DNA from: Octopus sinensis
Lineage: Eukaryota
Length of the DNA stretch: 64,000 nucleotides
Assembly (NCBI RefSeq): GCF_006345805.1
Contig: NC_042999.1
Span: 147,126,001 to 147,190,000, forward strand
Direction: 5' to 3'
Shown here: piece after piece, positions 14,407 to 27,769 of the stretch
How positions within the stretch are numbered: position 1 is the stretch's first letter
Layout of the letters: each line of letters starts with the position of its first letter
Notes under the pieces: model-generated
What the model was told of the DNA's origin: nothing
The model's database searches: none
What the model saw: only the letters and a program-made list of their open reading frames with translations
Position numbers and translations under genes: made by a program

Positions 14407-14984
14407 CTTACGCGCATGCATAGATTCCAGTATATGTAGTATGAGTGTTATCTGTATTGAATACGCAGTTTCATCATTTTTGTTCACAATGTTTATGATA
14501 GTAGAGTTACATCCATATATGTGTGAAAGAAATAAATTATGTAGCTCATCAAACTTTATTATTTGTAATTTTAGTATTTTGACCGTCTCAGTCAGTGGAG
14601 TGCGTCTATGCTCAGACACAGATTTGATAGATTTAGTATAGCAAATCGAACGTCAGTGCATGTTATTTTGAAACCTGTTATGTATTCTATTGTTATGCGG
14701 GTGCCAAACTGTTTACGTACGAGCACAGAAAAGACCAACTCTAGTTTTCAAGAAATTGTGTGGGGGGAGAGGCAAGTAAAGAAAGGACATACTCCCATAT
14801 ATACACATGCATGTAAAAATACATACCCATACACTTATATATATATATATATATATAAATATAGATATATAAATATATATGTATACATGCATACATACAT
14901 ATATATATATATATATACATGCATACATATATATATGTGTGTGTGTGCGTGCGTACGTGTGTATATGTGTGTGTATAGTAGGGC

Positions 14985-15930
14985 GCAGAACAGATGCTAA
15001 AATCTACAGGCCCATCTCTCTGACCTCACATGTTTGCAAGACAATGGAACGCATTGTCAGAAAAACGCTGATCACGTTCCTAGAAGAAAGCAATCTTCTA
15101 ACAAACACGCAACATGGCTTCCGTCCAGGAAAGAGCTGCAGCACTTTGACTGGGTATTGAAGCAACAGTTAAACCAGTCAGCTGTAAACGTGATATACCT
15201 CGACTTTCCTGAGGCCTTCGACAAAGTTGCTCATGTCATGATATGTCACAAGCTGCGAAACCTTGGTATTACCTGGAATCTGGGAGAGTGGCTGCATGAC
15301 TTTCTGAAGGGCAGGATTGAGTCGTAGCCACTGGTCCTCAGTCTGAAGAGACACTAATTCTCAGCGGAGTCCCACAGGAAACTGTACTAGGGCCACTACT
15401 ATTTGTGGTGGCCCTCTCAGACATACCATTCGCGGTACAGTCAGCCAATCTGACCAGTTATGCTGACAACACAAAAGCATCGCAGGCACTTAGGAACCCA
15501 GAGCTATGAAATTTCAGGCACTCAATTATCAGTCCAACACAGTCTAAAATCAGAATACACTGGACCAGAAGGTAATACGATCCTAGAATCAGAGTGCGCG
15601 TGTAACCTGGGGGTTCACATGAGTAATGATGCAACATTCCATGTGCATATTACCAAGATGGGAACACTGTGCAGGCGAGTGGTTGGATGGATTCTGAGGA
15701 CATTCCTAACCAGGAAAAAGGGTGACCTTGTTAATTCCTATGGGAAACTTTCATTCTCAGCCGTTTGGATTACTGCTCCCAACTATAGTCCCTAGAGTGT
15801 TTGAAACGAATTGTGCAACTCGAAGTAAGCCAGCACCAATACATAAAAAGGATTGACTCGATGCAAAAGATGGACTACTGGGAGAGGCTAAAGGAGCTGA
15901 CTCTCTGTTCCCATTTTCTCACACCGTCTC
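14985..15930 (+). pseudogene. CR1/L2-group LINE reverse transcriptase fragment
   Basis: YRPISLTSHVCKTMERIV, QHGFRPGKSC, IYLDFPEAFDKV, SGVPQETVLGPLLF and YADNTK, with frameshifts. Confidence 0.92.
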
Positions 15931-16366
15931 CGAAGAAGGGATATATAAAATATCCCGAAAACAGCTGTAAGACCTATTTATAAATGTTCTAAAATCTTTC
16001 ACAGCCTTTGATTTTATCTCAGTTTGTAAACTTATATATATATATAAGATAAATATATGCATATATACATACATATATGTTCATACCTACATGTATATGT
16101 ATATATACATGTATATATGGGCACATGACATAAAAAAAAAACGTTGAAGACATTGAGAAACGAAAACATAAGAGCAAAAACATGGAAACGAACTTTTCTT
16201 TTTCAAACAACGAAAAGGCAGAGTGCAAGACATACAGCACAAGGAATATTCCCTTTTTTCAGTTGTCCCTGTTTCGTCTACTCCGCGTTCCGAAGGAAAG
16301 TACAAGATTCGTGCAAATTAAATAAAATATATATATATATAATACATTATTATTATTATTATTATT

Positions 16367-16920
16367 GAGTGAGAGAGCAGTTCATGCCATCAAAGTGACA
16401 CTGGGGTAAAATATACGAAGCCCAATATACCCATCATGACTACCCGTCTGATAAAGGCACACCAGGCACACGCACCACAACCATATGTGTGCGACATGGT
16501 GATCTCATATCAAGATAAACAGCACATGACCTTGCAGGTGGGGCCCAGTTAGAATTTTCTTCAGGCTGAGTAGCCCATTCCGCTCAAACGGTCCCTGAAT
16601 AAGGGTTGTTTAAGGATGTTGAAAGAACCACCCATGTTTCCAGAGGTGAACTATTCAAACCCCAAAGAATCCCTCTCAACACATGGCTATGATGCTCCCC
16701 CACTACTTCTGCTCGTGATCAGAGATGCACATATCGTCAGCCACTAAGGGACATGCTCAACTGGTTAAGGTCAAACAACTGACAAGTAAATCTGTGGTAT
16801 TGAGCAGAATATTTGCTGTAGCCCATCTTTTATAACAAGACAAAACAATGTACATGATAACACTTCCAATCAGTTAAGATCAGAAGCCATGAGAGCCACT
16901 GCCTGGTACTGCATCAGGGC
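16367..16920. mobile_element. About 550-bp non-coding element inserted in a (TTA)n array
   Basis: Complex, relatively GC-rich block with sharp edges, flanked by (TTA)n on both sides. No ORF and no TIR. Confidence 0.6.
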
Positions 16921-16921
16921 A

Positions 16922-17019
<98 letters not shown>

Positions 17020-18070
17020 AGATGTGGAAGGAAGTTTTTGTCTTCTTATTTGAATAATTCATTCTTCGCCAAACCCACATACATACAAACATACATTCGT
17101 ACTTGACAATCGGTGTTGGTGTTTACGTTCCCCTACGTTAGCAGTTCGGCAAAAGCGACCGATAGAATAAGTAATAAGTTTTTAAAAGATTGAGTTTTCG
17201 GGTCGGTTCATTCAATTCATATTTCTTTAATATGGTGAGCTAGCACTGTCGCAGTTAAATAATTGAAACAATGTAAAATGCAAATGTTGAAAGATACACA
17301 CACGCACGCACACACACACACACACTCACACACACACACGCGCGCGCGCGCGCGCGTAAATGCATATGATTTAGTGGTTAAGGCTTCGCAATAATGATCA
17401 TAAGATTGTGGTTTTCATTTCAGTACCGAGATGCCTGTGCTCTTGAGCAAATTACTTCTTTTCACGCTGCTCCAGTCGACCCACCATGCAAAAATGAGTA
17501 ATCCTACAATGGACCTGAGCCCCGTTCGTGGGGCCGGAACTTATACGTCAGAGAATCCGGGAAATCGGCCTTATCTGACTACGGTTCGAAAAAGATTCTC
17601 ATAGATTTTATTTTTCATACAGACGAGAGGCTACTAAACTGTTTCTGTCAACTCATTTTGCTTATTAGCCTGGGGCTACAATACAAGGCAGCTGTTCAAG
17701 ATGTTGTGCAGTCGGACGGATCCTGCAACCACATGGTCACAAAGAGAGTTTCTTAATCACACAGCCATATCTGCGCAAATAGCCAAGACTACAAATAAAT
17801 TCTTATACATAAGATTAATTTTCGAGCTTTGCTCTACATAATTAAAGAAAGGTGTAAACAGAAGATATATGGATTTATTAATAAATTACAATTTGTTTCT
17901 TTGTAGTTAATATTCAGCAAATTCTTAGATGGACAAATGCTCTTCGAGCTATACAGTTTATTAATTATTTATATTTCAATATACAAGAAACGGACACATA
18001 CACACACACACAAATATATATATGCATGAGTATATATATATATACACACACACATATATATATGTATATA

Positions 18071-18280
18071 TGCGGCGAGTTGGCAGAAACGTTAGCACCC
18101 CAGGCGAAATGCGTAGCCATATTTCGTCTGCCGTTATGTTCTGAGTTCAAATTCCGCCGAGGTCGACTTTGCCTTTAATCCTTTCGGGGTCGGTAAATTA
18201 ACTACCAGTTATTCACTGTGGTCGATGTAATCGACTTAATCCGTTTGTCTGTCCCCTCTGGGGTAGTAAGAAATATATAT
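18071..18280 (+). mobile_element. Family A SINE, near full length
   Basis: GCGGCGAGTTGGCAGAAACGTTAGC head, GAGTTCAAATTCC B box, body, and tail GGGGTAGTAAGAAATA. Confidence 0.85.
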
Positions 18281-20546
18281 ATGTATATATGGAGGTAGTA
18301 AAGAAATATATATATGTATATATTTATATATATATATGTATGTATGTATGGATATATATACATACATACATACAACACATATATAGATACACCAAATCAT
18401 GAAAAGGAACACAGTGATAACAATATATGATTTAGGTAATGTATACGAAAGATAAGCGAATTGACAGTAGCGCGAAAGTTTCAAAGGAAGCTGCTCGTCA
18501 GACGGTGAATCCTCATAAGTAATCACTTTGCATTACGTTTGCAGATATATATATATGTAAGTGCGCGTGGGTGTGTGTATGTTTGTGTAGAAGCACGCAT
18601 CTTCTACATTTTCTGGCTTATTACCATATGAATTACCTTCTTTATATATCTAATATACACAGGAAAATATCTTGATGTTTTGCCATGTATAGAAAGCCAC
18701 ACTGAAACAGTTACAGGAATATGAGGGAATGACTAATGTCTTCTTGTTGTAGTGTGATTTTAAGGTACGTCGTATTAAAAAAATGTTAAAATTAACATAT
18801 CTATTGGTTTTTTTTTTGTTTTGTTTTTCATTGTCATTGCACCTCAGCATAATATATTCTCCAATCAATTGCACATTCTTCAACTGTTGCATCGACAAGT
18901 ACAGCTGATGATTGGTTTTATGAGGATCATTATATAAATCCGAAAGTTAGGTGAGAAATATAGATAGGATATTACTCAATTAGTCATGTTTTTTCTAATA
19001 GCCGCAATTTACTTTTAATTTTTACTGTATTAATGATGCTAACATTAACTTAGTTTTTATGTTTCGACTAAATAGCGTCTTTATGTTCTATTAAATATAT
19101 TCAACTTCATAAACATTTTATTATCAAACATCTGTAATACTTTCAACGCAGGAAGCATTAAAACGCAAACTAGATGAAAAATTAATATTTATTCAGCAAT
19201 AAATACTTTTATTTGTTTGTCACAAGAAGGATACAATTACATAAATGTTTCTTTTGCTGTTATTTTAATGTTATTAACGAATCAGAATCTTTACCCTTTA
19301 CATGTTGATGTAGAGATTAATGACTCATTAAGTAAATGTAAATCATTTACACCGGTTAGTGTAAAAACAGACATATTTAGACACTAAATAAACCGAAATA
19401 CCATCCGCACGGAAAGCGTAAATGGATTCAGAGTTAATATGTTTTAAGCCTTAGCATATAATTTGTATTATAGAAAGTTGCACAAAGTGGCTTTAATACT
19501 GAATGTTTTAGTATATTAATAAACACATTCATGCGACAGGGAAATCACAGTGAGAAGACTGATTATAAAGTTTGTTGAACCGATCCATCAATAAAGAAAC
19601 GTGATTCTAGGCCCACCTGGTGCTCATGCTACATATTTTATTAAATTTTGCGAACGGTTGGTGTCAACAAAATTGGATTCTTTTAAATGAATCATACATC
19701 TCTGTATAAGCGTGATATAGCGAAATGGGTTGTATGTCCTCTTCGTAAATATGAGGTTCCATGTTTCATTCCTCTGCGTAGCATGTTGTCAAAATGTTGT
19801 TTTCTATAACCTCGGATTGATCCATACTTTGTGACTGAAACTGGGTAAAGCAAAACTGCAGAGACATCTGTTGGGTAGATTGCACCTATAATACGCAAGG
19901 TACAGACTTGTCTTACACAATGCGACATTTGGCCTGAGAACCGCGTTAAGGGTGCACATGGCTGTCTAATACTCTGCTACAAAGTAAGTTAATCAGTTAA
20001 TCAATCAAGGGAATATTCATCGTCGAACAACGGAGGTCAACCACAAGCACAACCACCAATATCATATTCTCTGTTCACTACTCTCTCAACCGTCAATAAT
20101 GATAGATATCGAATTGCATAATTGTGACCACTGTCAACGTGATATAATCAAGATATTTTACAATTTCCAATGCTGTAATGTGATAGCAAATATTAGATAA
20201 TGCCAACACCCGCTGCTATATAATGGTGGTAGGATATCAAGCATAAAATATTTGTAAAGTTGAAGCATATCAGAAAGAATATATATCTCTACTACTCAAA
20301 ACTTTTTCACACTCTTTGTTTGTCTGTACGAATCTCAGCCAACTGGGGGCATTTTTCATTGCTGACTCTGTGCTGGCAGAATACTCGGAAAAATATTTTC
20401 GGGTATTCGTTTTGGATTTTACATTCAGTGTTCAAATTTACATCAAGGCGAATTTAGCCCTACATTATTTCGGTGTCTATGAAATTAAGTACCAGTCATG
20501 TAGAGGAGGGGGTGGTATCATATAACACACTTTCCTAGAAGTTTCT

Positions 20547-21634
20547 TATTTCTTTATTGCCCACAAGGGGCTAAACATAGAGGGGACAAACGAGAACAGA
20601 CAAAGGGATTAAGTCGATTACATAGACCCCAGTGCGTAACGGGTAATTAATTTATAGAGCCCGAAAGGATGAAAGGCAAAGTCGACCTCGGCGGAATTTG
20701 AACTCAGAACGTAACGGCAGACGAAATACCTATTTCTTTACTACCCACAAAGGGCTAAACACCGAGAGGACAAGCAAGGACAGACAAACGGATTAAGTCG
20801 ATTATATCAACCCCAGTACGTAACTGGTACTTATTTAAAGGACCTAGGTATCTTGGTGGATTCCTCCTTTTCGCCTTCGGCCCAGTGCGTCCATGCTGCC
20901 AACAAAGCACGCGGAATTCTGTTCTTGATTCGACGGTCATTCGGAATGCTCACAGCAGCCATATTCCAACTACGCTGGTGAGACCCATATTGGAGTATGG
21001 GATTCAAGCCTCTTCTCCTTATCTCCTCAAAGACATACAGCATCTCGAAAGAGTCCAGAAGCTGGCTACCCGCATGGTTCATGGTCTCAAAAATTTGTCC
21101 TACGAAGAAAAGCTGAGGACGCTCGACCTTTATTCTCTTGAAAAACGCCGCCGCCGTGGTGATCTCATTCTCGCCCACAACATCATAAGCGGAAAGTGTA
21201 ACCTCTCGAAAGAGCTGTTCTTCACTCCTGCTCCAGAGCGTCGGCTGCGGGGTCATTCCGAAAAGTTCTACCTGCGACGATTTCATCTCAATCGAAGGAG
21301 AGGAGCTTTCTCTGTCCGGGTTGCGGATCCGTGGAACAAGCTGCCAGACGAGATGGTGAAGATGCCGACGACCGCTTTGTTCAAAGCCTCCCTTGACCTC
21401 AAGTGGCCTGAACTCCTTACATGAACACCACCCTGTACTTAACTCCATGTCCCTCTACATGGCCTTGCTATTTGCTTTTGAGCCAAATTAACTAACTAAC
21501 TAACTAACTAATCGACCCCGAAAGTATGAAAGGCAAAGTCGACCTCGGCAGAATTTGAACTCAGAACGTAGCGGCAGGCGAAATACCGCTAAGCATTTCG
21601 CCCGGAGTGCTAACGATTCTGCCAGCTCACCGCC
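20547..21634 (-). mobile_element. Family A SINE dimer (184-bp period) interrupted by a LINE
   Basis: Tails at 20547 and 20731. The SINE stops at ..GTACTTATTTA (20837) and resumes at ATCGACCCCG (21511); these are contiguous in other copies. Confidence 0.85.
20838..21510 (+). mobile_element. 5'-truncated CR1-like LINE 3' end with (CTAA)n tail
   Basis: ORF 20885-21424 reads TLVRPILEYG..DIQHLERVQKLATRMV..LEKRRRRGDLI..FSVRVADPWNKLP, followed by a short 3' UTR and five AACT repeats. Confidence 0.92.
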
Positions 21635-22840
21635 TTACTTTACTGGAAGTTTCTAGTCTAAACGGGAAGTAAGTCTAAAGTGAATGAGAGTATTAAGTAT
21701 TTATTAAAATCCAATTCTATTCACCCAGATGTTTGACATGTGACCCTTTATGCTTAACGGAGAAACAGCTATCAAACTAGGCAGAATCGGTAAAATGTTG
21801 TGCAAACACTGCCTTGTGGCATCTACGTACGTCCAGTTATGTTTGATTTCAAATCAATCTGAGGTCAATGTTGCTTACTATGCTTCCGAAGTCGATAAAC
21901 TACTTATCGAGTAAAAATACTGTGGTTAGCTTCATCGTTTGCTCCACACAAGTGAAAAATATCTTGCTCTAAACTTCGGATAACAATATAATTATTAAAA
22001 CAAAAACACTAGTGAACGCTTCATAAGATGAGATATGATCTCACAATGCTGTTTAGTTTCCCATTCGAAAGCGTTTCATTTACCGACGTCGATGATATCA
22101 ATAGGAAAGCAGAAACACCACCGCAACACTCCAATTATCACCACTAGAAATAGAGAGAATAAATCTGGCCATTCAACTAATAGAAAGACTAACTAAATTT
22201 CTCACAACTCATATGATGAAATCTTAAAATATACTTTTCTACTCTAGACACAAGGCCCGAAATTTTTGGTAAAGGGGGCCAGTCGATTAGATCGACCCCA
22301 GTACGCAACTAAGCACTTCGCCCGGCGTGTTAACGTTCAGCCAGCTCGCCGCCTTTGAAATCTTAAAATATTGTCAATCCTAGTTACAGCTGATGGGGTG
22401 GTCACTGACAGAAAATCTTTCAACATAGGTTTGCTCGATGGCTGGACTAAATAATATCAAATATAAACTGTGCATTTGGTTATGTTTCATAACTCAATAA
22501 TTGGTTCTTCTTTCTAGGAAAAAAAAGAATAAACAAAAAATAGAAAATATGAATTAATGTCACCATTTGCTGATTTTATTTGTAGCGGATCCAAAAATAC
22601 AGAAAATATAAATTTAGTAAAAATAACGACATTGGTACAAAAAATAACGACATGTATACATATAATATATCACAGTATATAACTTTATCTAAGTGCATGT
22701 ATACTTACGTGCGTAGGCAAAACTTAATCCATGAAAGTTGGTATTTAAGCAAAATCCAGGAAGTGGATTTGCTGTAACGAGTGAAAAACAGAAGGTTGAT
22801 ATAAACCGATAAAACTATCGCAACATTCACCACGCATACT

Positions 22841-22936
22841 CACATAAATACATACATATATACATATATACATACATACATACATACATACATCCATCCG
22901 TCCATACATACATACATACATACATACATACATACA

Positions 22937-22970
<34 letters not shown>

Positions 22971-23890
22971 CATACGTACGTACGTACATACATACATAGA
23001 TACATCCATCCATCCATACATACATACATACATGCATACATACATACATACATATATACAAGGGAACACCTACGCTGAACTATTGAGATACCTGCAGTTA
23101 CTCTATCCAGATTGTAAGTTCAGGTCTATATCTGTAATTATTTGAGCACTGGGATAAATAACACACTACCTAAAAACCAATCTTGAGAAATTAGGCTTCT
23201 CAAAACCAGGAAGGAGAAAGCTAATTCGAAGGCTACAGATCTAATCTATCTCTAGAACTGTGAAAAATCTGTAAAACTTTCCAGAAGTTTATCATTTAAA
23301 TATACATGAACATGTCTAGATATGTCACTATATGCATGAGAATACATAGATAAAACATACAAATCTGCATATACATACATACATACACACACACATACAT
23401 ACATACATACATGCATACATACATACATACATACATACATACATACATACATACATACATACATAATACATACATACCCTGTTGTTGATGTTGAAATTCC
23501 AATGAAAGAGCCTTGAATCTAAGTTAGAAACCGGTTCTTTCTCTGTTGGCAAGAAATCTTGAAATAAAACTGATCAACGATATACATATACGAAGAAGCC
23601 TTTGATCTTAGAATAGAAACTAGTTCCTTCTTTATTGGCAAGAAATCTTGAAATAAACTGAACAATGACATACACACATACATATACATACATACATACA
23701 AACATACATAAATGCATATACATACATATATACATACATACAAACATACATACATACATACATACATGCATGCATGCTTGCATACATACATACATATATA
23801 CATACATACATACATACATACATGCATACATACATACATACATACATACATACATACATACATGCATGCTTGCATACATGCATCTGTACG
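22841..23890. repeat. (CATA)n arrays interleaved with a short dispersed element
   Basis: Three (CATA)n tracts. Element copies at 23477-23590 and 23595-23670, with a related copy at 35080-35190. Confidence 0.85.
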
Positions 23891-24732
23891 TATGTACGGA
23901 CGCAAGACGCATTTTTCTCCTGATCCATCAATTTGAATTCATCTGTATAAAGAAGCGTGATCCTAGACTGGGAATCAGTTCTATAAGTACCATGAACGAA
24001 ACTCTCACCTCTTGAGTATGTTTTGCAGCTTCCTGTCAAATTATATTGGTTTCAAATTTTGACACAAGGCCAGTAATTTTGGAGACGGAGTAGGCGGATT
24101 AAATTGAACTCAGTACTCGAGTGGTAATTATTTTATCTATTCCGAAAGGATGAAAGGCTAAGTTGACCTCGGTGGAATGTGAACTCAGGATTAAATGTAG
24201 AAGAAATGCTGCTAGTATTTTGCCTGTAGTGCTAAAGATTCCGCCTCATTTTTCTGTCAACTAATATTGGTTTCACATTTTGGCACAAGGCCAGCAATAT
24301 CGGAGGAAAGGACAAGTCGATTACATCAATCACATTTCTCAATAGGTACTTATTTATCAACCCTGAAATGATAAAGGTAAAGTCTACCTTCCGCAATTTG
24401 AACTCAGAAAAAGTCGAACGAATTCTGCAGATACTGTCCGCTCGGTGCCTTCTTATTCTGTTGTGTATATGATTTTTTATATATATCTTATATCTTATAA
24501 CTTATAAAATCGAAGTGGTAAGCTGGGTTATCATTTAATAAAGTGAGAAGTGTACAAGAGCGATAGTGTGAGAGGAAACATAGTGACATAGAGATTGTGA
24601 AGGGGAGGACAGAGTTGTGTAAGCAACAAATATGGAGTGACAGTGGGATAGTAGTGTTAATACAGTTCTCTTTCATAGATACACACGCGCGTGCGTGCTT
24701 TCAACCTGCCTTTTCCTTCCCTCGCGTCTCTT

Positions 24733-24765
<33 letters not shown>

Positions 24766-24776
24766 GTCTCTCAGTC

Positions 24777-24816
<40 letters not shown>

Positions 24817-24841
24817 ACACACGCAGACACACATACACAGA

Positions 24842-26687
24842 TCTATAGACAAGTATTTGACACCGTTTAAACCGAAATTATCCGGCAATAACCGAAGTAT
24901 TCCTGATTACCATTTATTAACAGACGATAAATTGGTTATCGTCTGTTAAATATTTACAATCATATCACTTTTCTTTTCACGAAGACGACTTTTCAACTCA
25001 ACACTGAAGGCCAAGTACCTTATTAACTTCGTTTTTATTATTTACAAAAATATCTCTCATTCATCTATTCCTTAGTATCTTGTCCCTTTTGGCGTTGTAA
25101 TTTTCCGTCATGTTCTGTTTGCGAAACCATCTAAAATTTAAACTGAAGGTGAAGTCCCTAAGGGAATTTATTGAACGATTTTCAACGATTACATTAATTT
25201 ATTAATTCAACCCTTTAATAAAGTCGTGGATGATGGTCACTGTATGTTCGGAACTGTGTCACTCTTGCTCAAGAACAACAGAAATTACGGAACTCTCCGG
25301 GAAGAGTCCATACGATTATATATGCAATAATTGGAAGTATTTTCATTCTTTTATGCCTAATAGTACAATACAGGAATACCAAGCATACATGTGTAGGAAG
25401 AGAACATACGGCGGTAATGTTGAATTATTTGCCAATAGTGAATTGTACAATATTGCAATTCAGGTTCATCACAAAATGACAATGAAAGTATCCCTCGTCC
25501 GTTCACCGATTACGGTCGAACATTTACAGAAAGGAAGATTTCAGTGTTATATAGTGGCAAAATTGACAACGGCCACTACGATGCTCTCTTTCCCATAAAC
25601 AATCGTGAGCATGAAAGAAATGTAGAAGGAAATGAAATATCACAAGACAGTATAAAAGGGAAAAGAATGAGAATTCAAACACTTAATATGAATACTTCTG
25701 AAGAAAGTAAAAACCTTCGGAAATTTAGTTTGCAAAACATGAGGGAATATGAGAGGAGGACAAGAGAACAAGAAAGCTACAAGGATAGGGGAAAGGACAT
25801 GGGCCGAACATTGGAATGTTAAAAATTTAATGCAAAAATGTATTTAGTATGGCAAAACAGTGTCATATAGAGGTTGGCTCCTGAGTAATACCAGGTAACA
25901 CTGATATGTATGTGTGCGTGTATGTGTGCGTGTGAGTGTGTATGTGTGTGTGTGTGTGTGGTGTGTGTGTGTGTCTATGTGTGTGTGCGCGAGAACGTGT
26001 GTGTGTATGCGTATATATGTGTGTACATTCTATGTTTTAAATACCAGATATTACAATTCTGCAAGTGAAAAATTTTTCAAAATTGCGATTGCTTATCATT
26101 TTCTTTGTCCTGCTTAATTTTAAAGTTATATACGCTAACTATTCTAATGAACCGGATGTTTTGGGGTTTTTTTTCAGAAGTATATGTTTCAAACATAGGA
26201 GATCGTGATTTCACACAAAAATTAGGGCTAGCGTTAGGGGTTGGGTTTAAGATTTAATAATAGTGTTAGTATTGTAGTTTAGATTTTAGGGATAAAATTT
26301 GGATAAGGATCTTGAGTTAAGTTTTAAGGTAAGAGCTGACGGTTAGTCTTTAATAATAGGGTTTCGTGTTAGCTTTTAAGGATTACAATTTTGAGTTAGG
26401 ATAAGGGTTAGTTTAAACAGAAATTGAAAAGCAATTCAAGAGATTTGAATTCGTGTATAAATTTTTACAGAATTGAACTTGAATATGTTTGGAATATGGA
26501 TATCAAACTATATTCTTTAAAGAAGAAAATAAAAAAGGCCAACAAAATGTTCTTAGTCCAAAATTTCGGAGAGTGAATTTTGGTTTATGTTTCTTTTGAA
26601 CATATTAACAGTAGCTTCGCGAAGCTACTGTTAATTCTGTTAATTCTCTGAGTTACTTACACGGGCAATGCCGGGTATTTCAACTAG
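24842..26687 (+). mobile_element. Helitron derivative (about 1.85 kb) carrying an OTU domain relic
   Basis: 3' end ACGGGCAATGCCGGG..CAACTAG|T (CTAG at 26684-26687). Putative 5' A|TC at 24842 is less certain. Subterminal hairpins at 24917-24949 and 26604-26635; TTAGGG-like tract at 26222-26415. Confidence 0.7.
25215..25600 (+). pseudogene. OTU-family cysteine protease domain, frameshifted
   Basis: Three frames join to give KVVDDGHCMFGTVS..LREE / YDYICNNWKYF..YGGNVELFANSELYNIAIQVH / YSGKIDNGHYDALFP. Catalytic Cys codon at 25241, His codon at 25574. Confidence 0.85.
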
Positions 26688-27015
26688 TATGTATATATAT
26701 AATATATATATATATAACGATAGATAGATATACCTACAAATAAAGCAAGATTTATTCCTGATCAGAGTTGTTCAAAAACCGAGGTTCTATTGTATATATA
26801 AGTCAAAGATTAAAGTACGGGAAACAAAAATACATCTGCCCACCTTGCCACGATGCCAGTTATAACTCATATCTTCTCGAATATAAAAGAATTTAACAGT
26901 TCATCCATATATACAATAATGGAATAACAATACTATGGCTATATACTTTTAATGTGCTCGTACAATCGTACAAGTACATTATATGTACGCAGGTGTAAAA
27001 TGCCCTCTATCTATC

Positions 27016-27089
<74 letters not shown>

Positions 27090-27234
27090 AAGGAAATGGA
27101 GATATAATTACTCTGTAAAAGCAGCTGCTAAATAGTAACACAAGTCATTAATAAACTGACATAAATCTCACCGTTTCTTATTGTTTTCCTTTGTTTAGCA
27201 TTTCCATTCGTGCCAACGTACACGATTACATATT

Positions 27235-27266
<32 letters not shown>

Positions 27267-27769
27267 TGTATGTATGTATGTATGTATGTATGTTTGTGTG
27301 TATGTAAGTTCTCTTCCTTTTGTCATTTGAATTCTTCCACAGAAAAATAATCTAGTGTCTAACACAGATATACTGCTATGTCATTGGTATGTAGATAACA
27401 GATAAAATGCCACATTTCAAACTTAGTAAAGTCTTCCATAATTTTTCTGTTCCACTTACAGATTGTATTTATGGTATACGAGTTACTAGCTTATCCAGAT
27501 TATCACTTAGGCATTTACACAAAAGTCTATATGCACTAATTATAATTGGAAACTAGATGTTGAATTTTGAAACTAGATGTTTAGTAGAAGCTGCCCACAA
27601 TCTCCCTGTTTCTCTTTGATTTTCAGCGATATTCATATGAGCAGGGCAGCTAACCTCTATGGACATGCTTACACTTTCTTGTCTGTCCCAAACAACATAG
27701 ACGTCCTATTAGTTTCTTGTATGAGGTTGTGTATGTATGTATATGTGTATGTATGTATATGTGTATGTA

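Noticed and set aside
26222-26415. TTAGGG-like tract as an interstitial telomere
   Set aside because: Highly degenerate and internal to the Helitron derivative.
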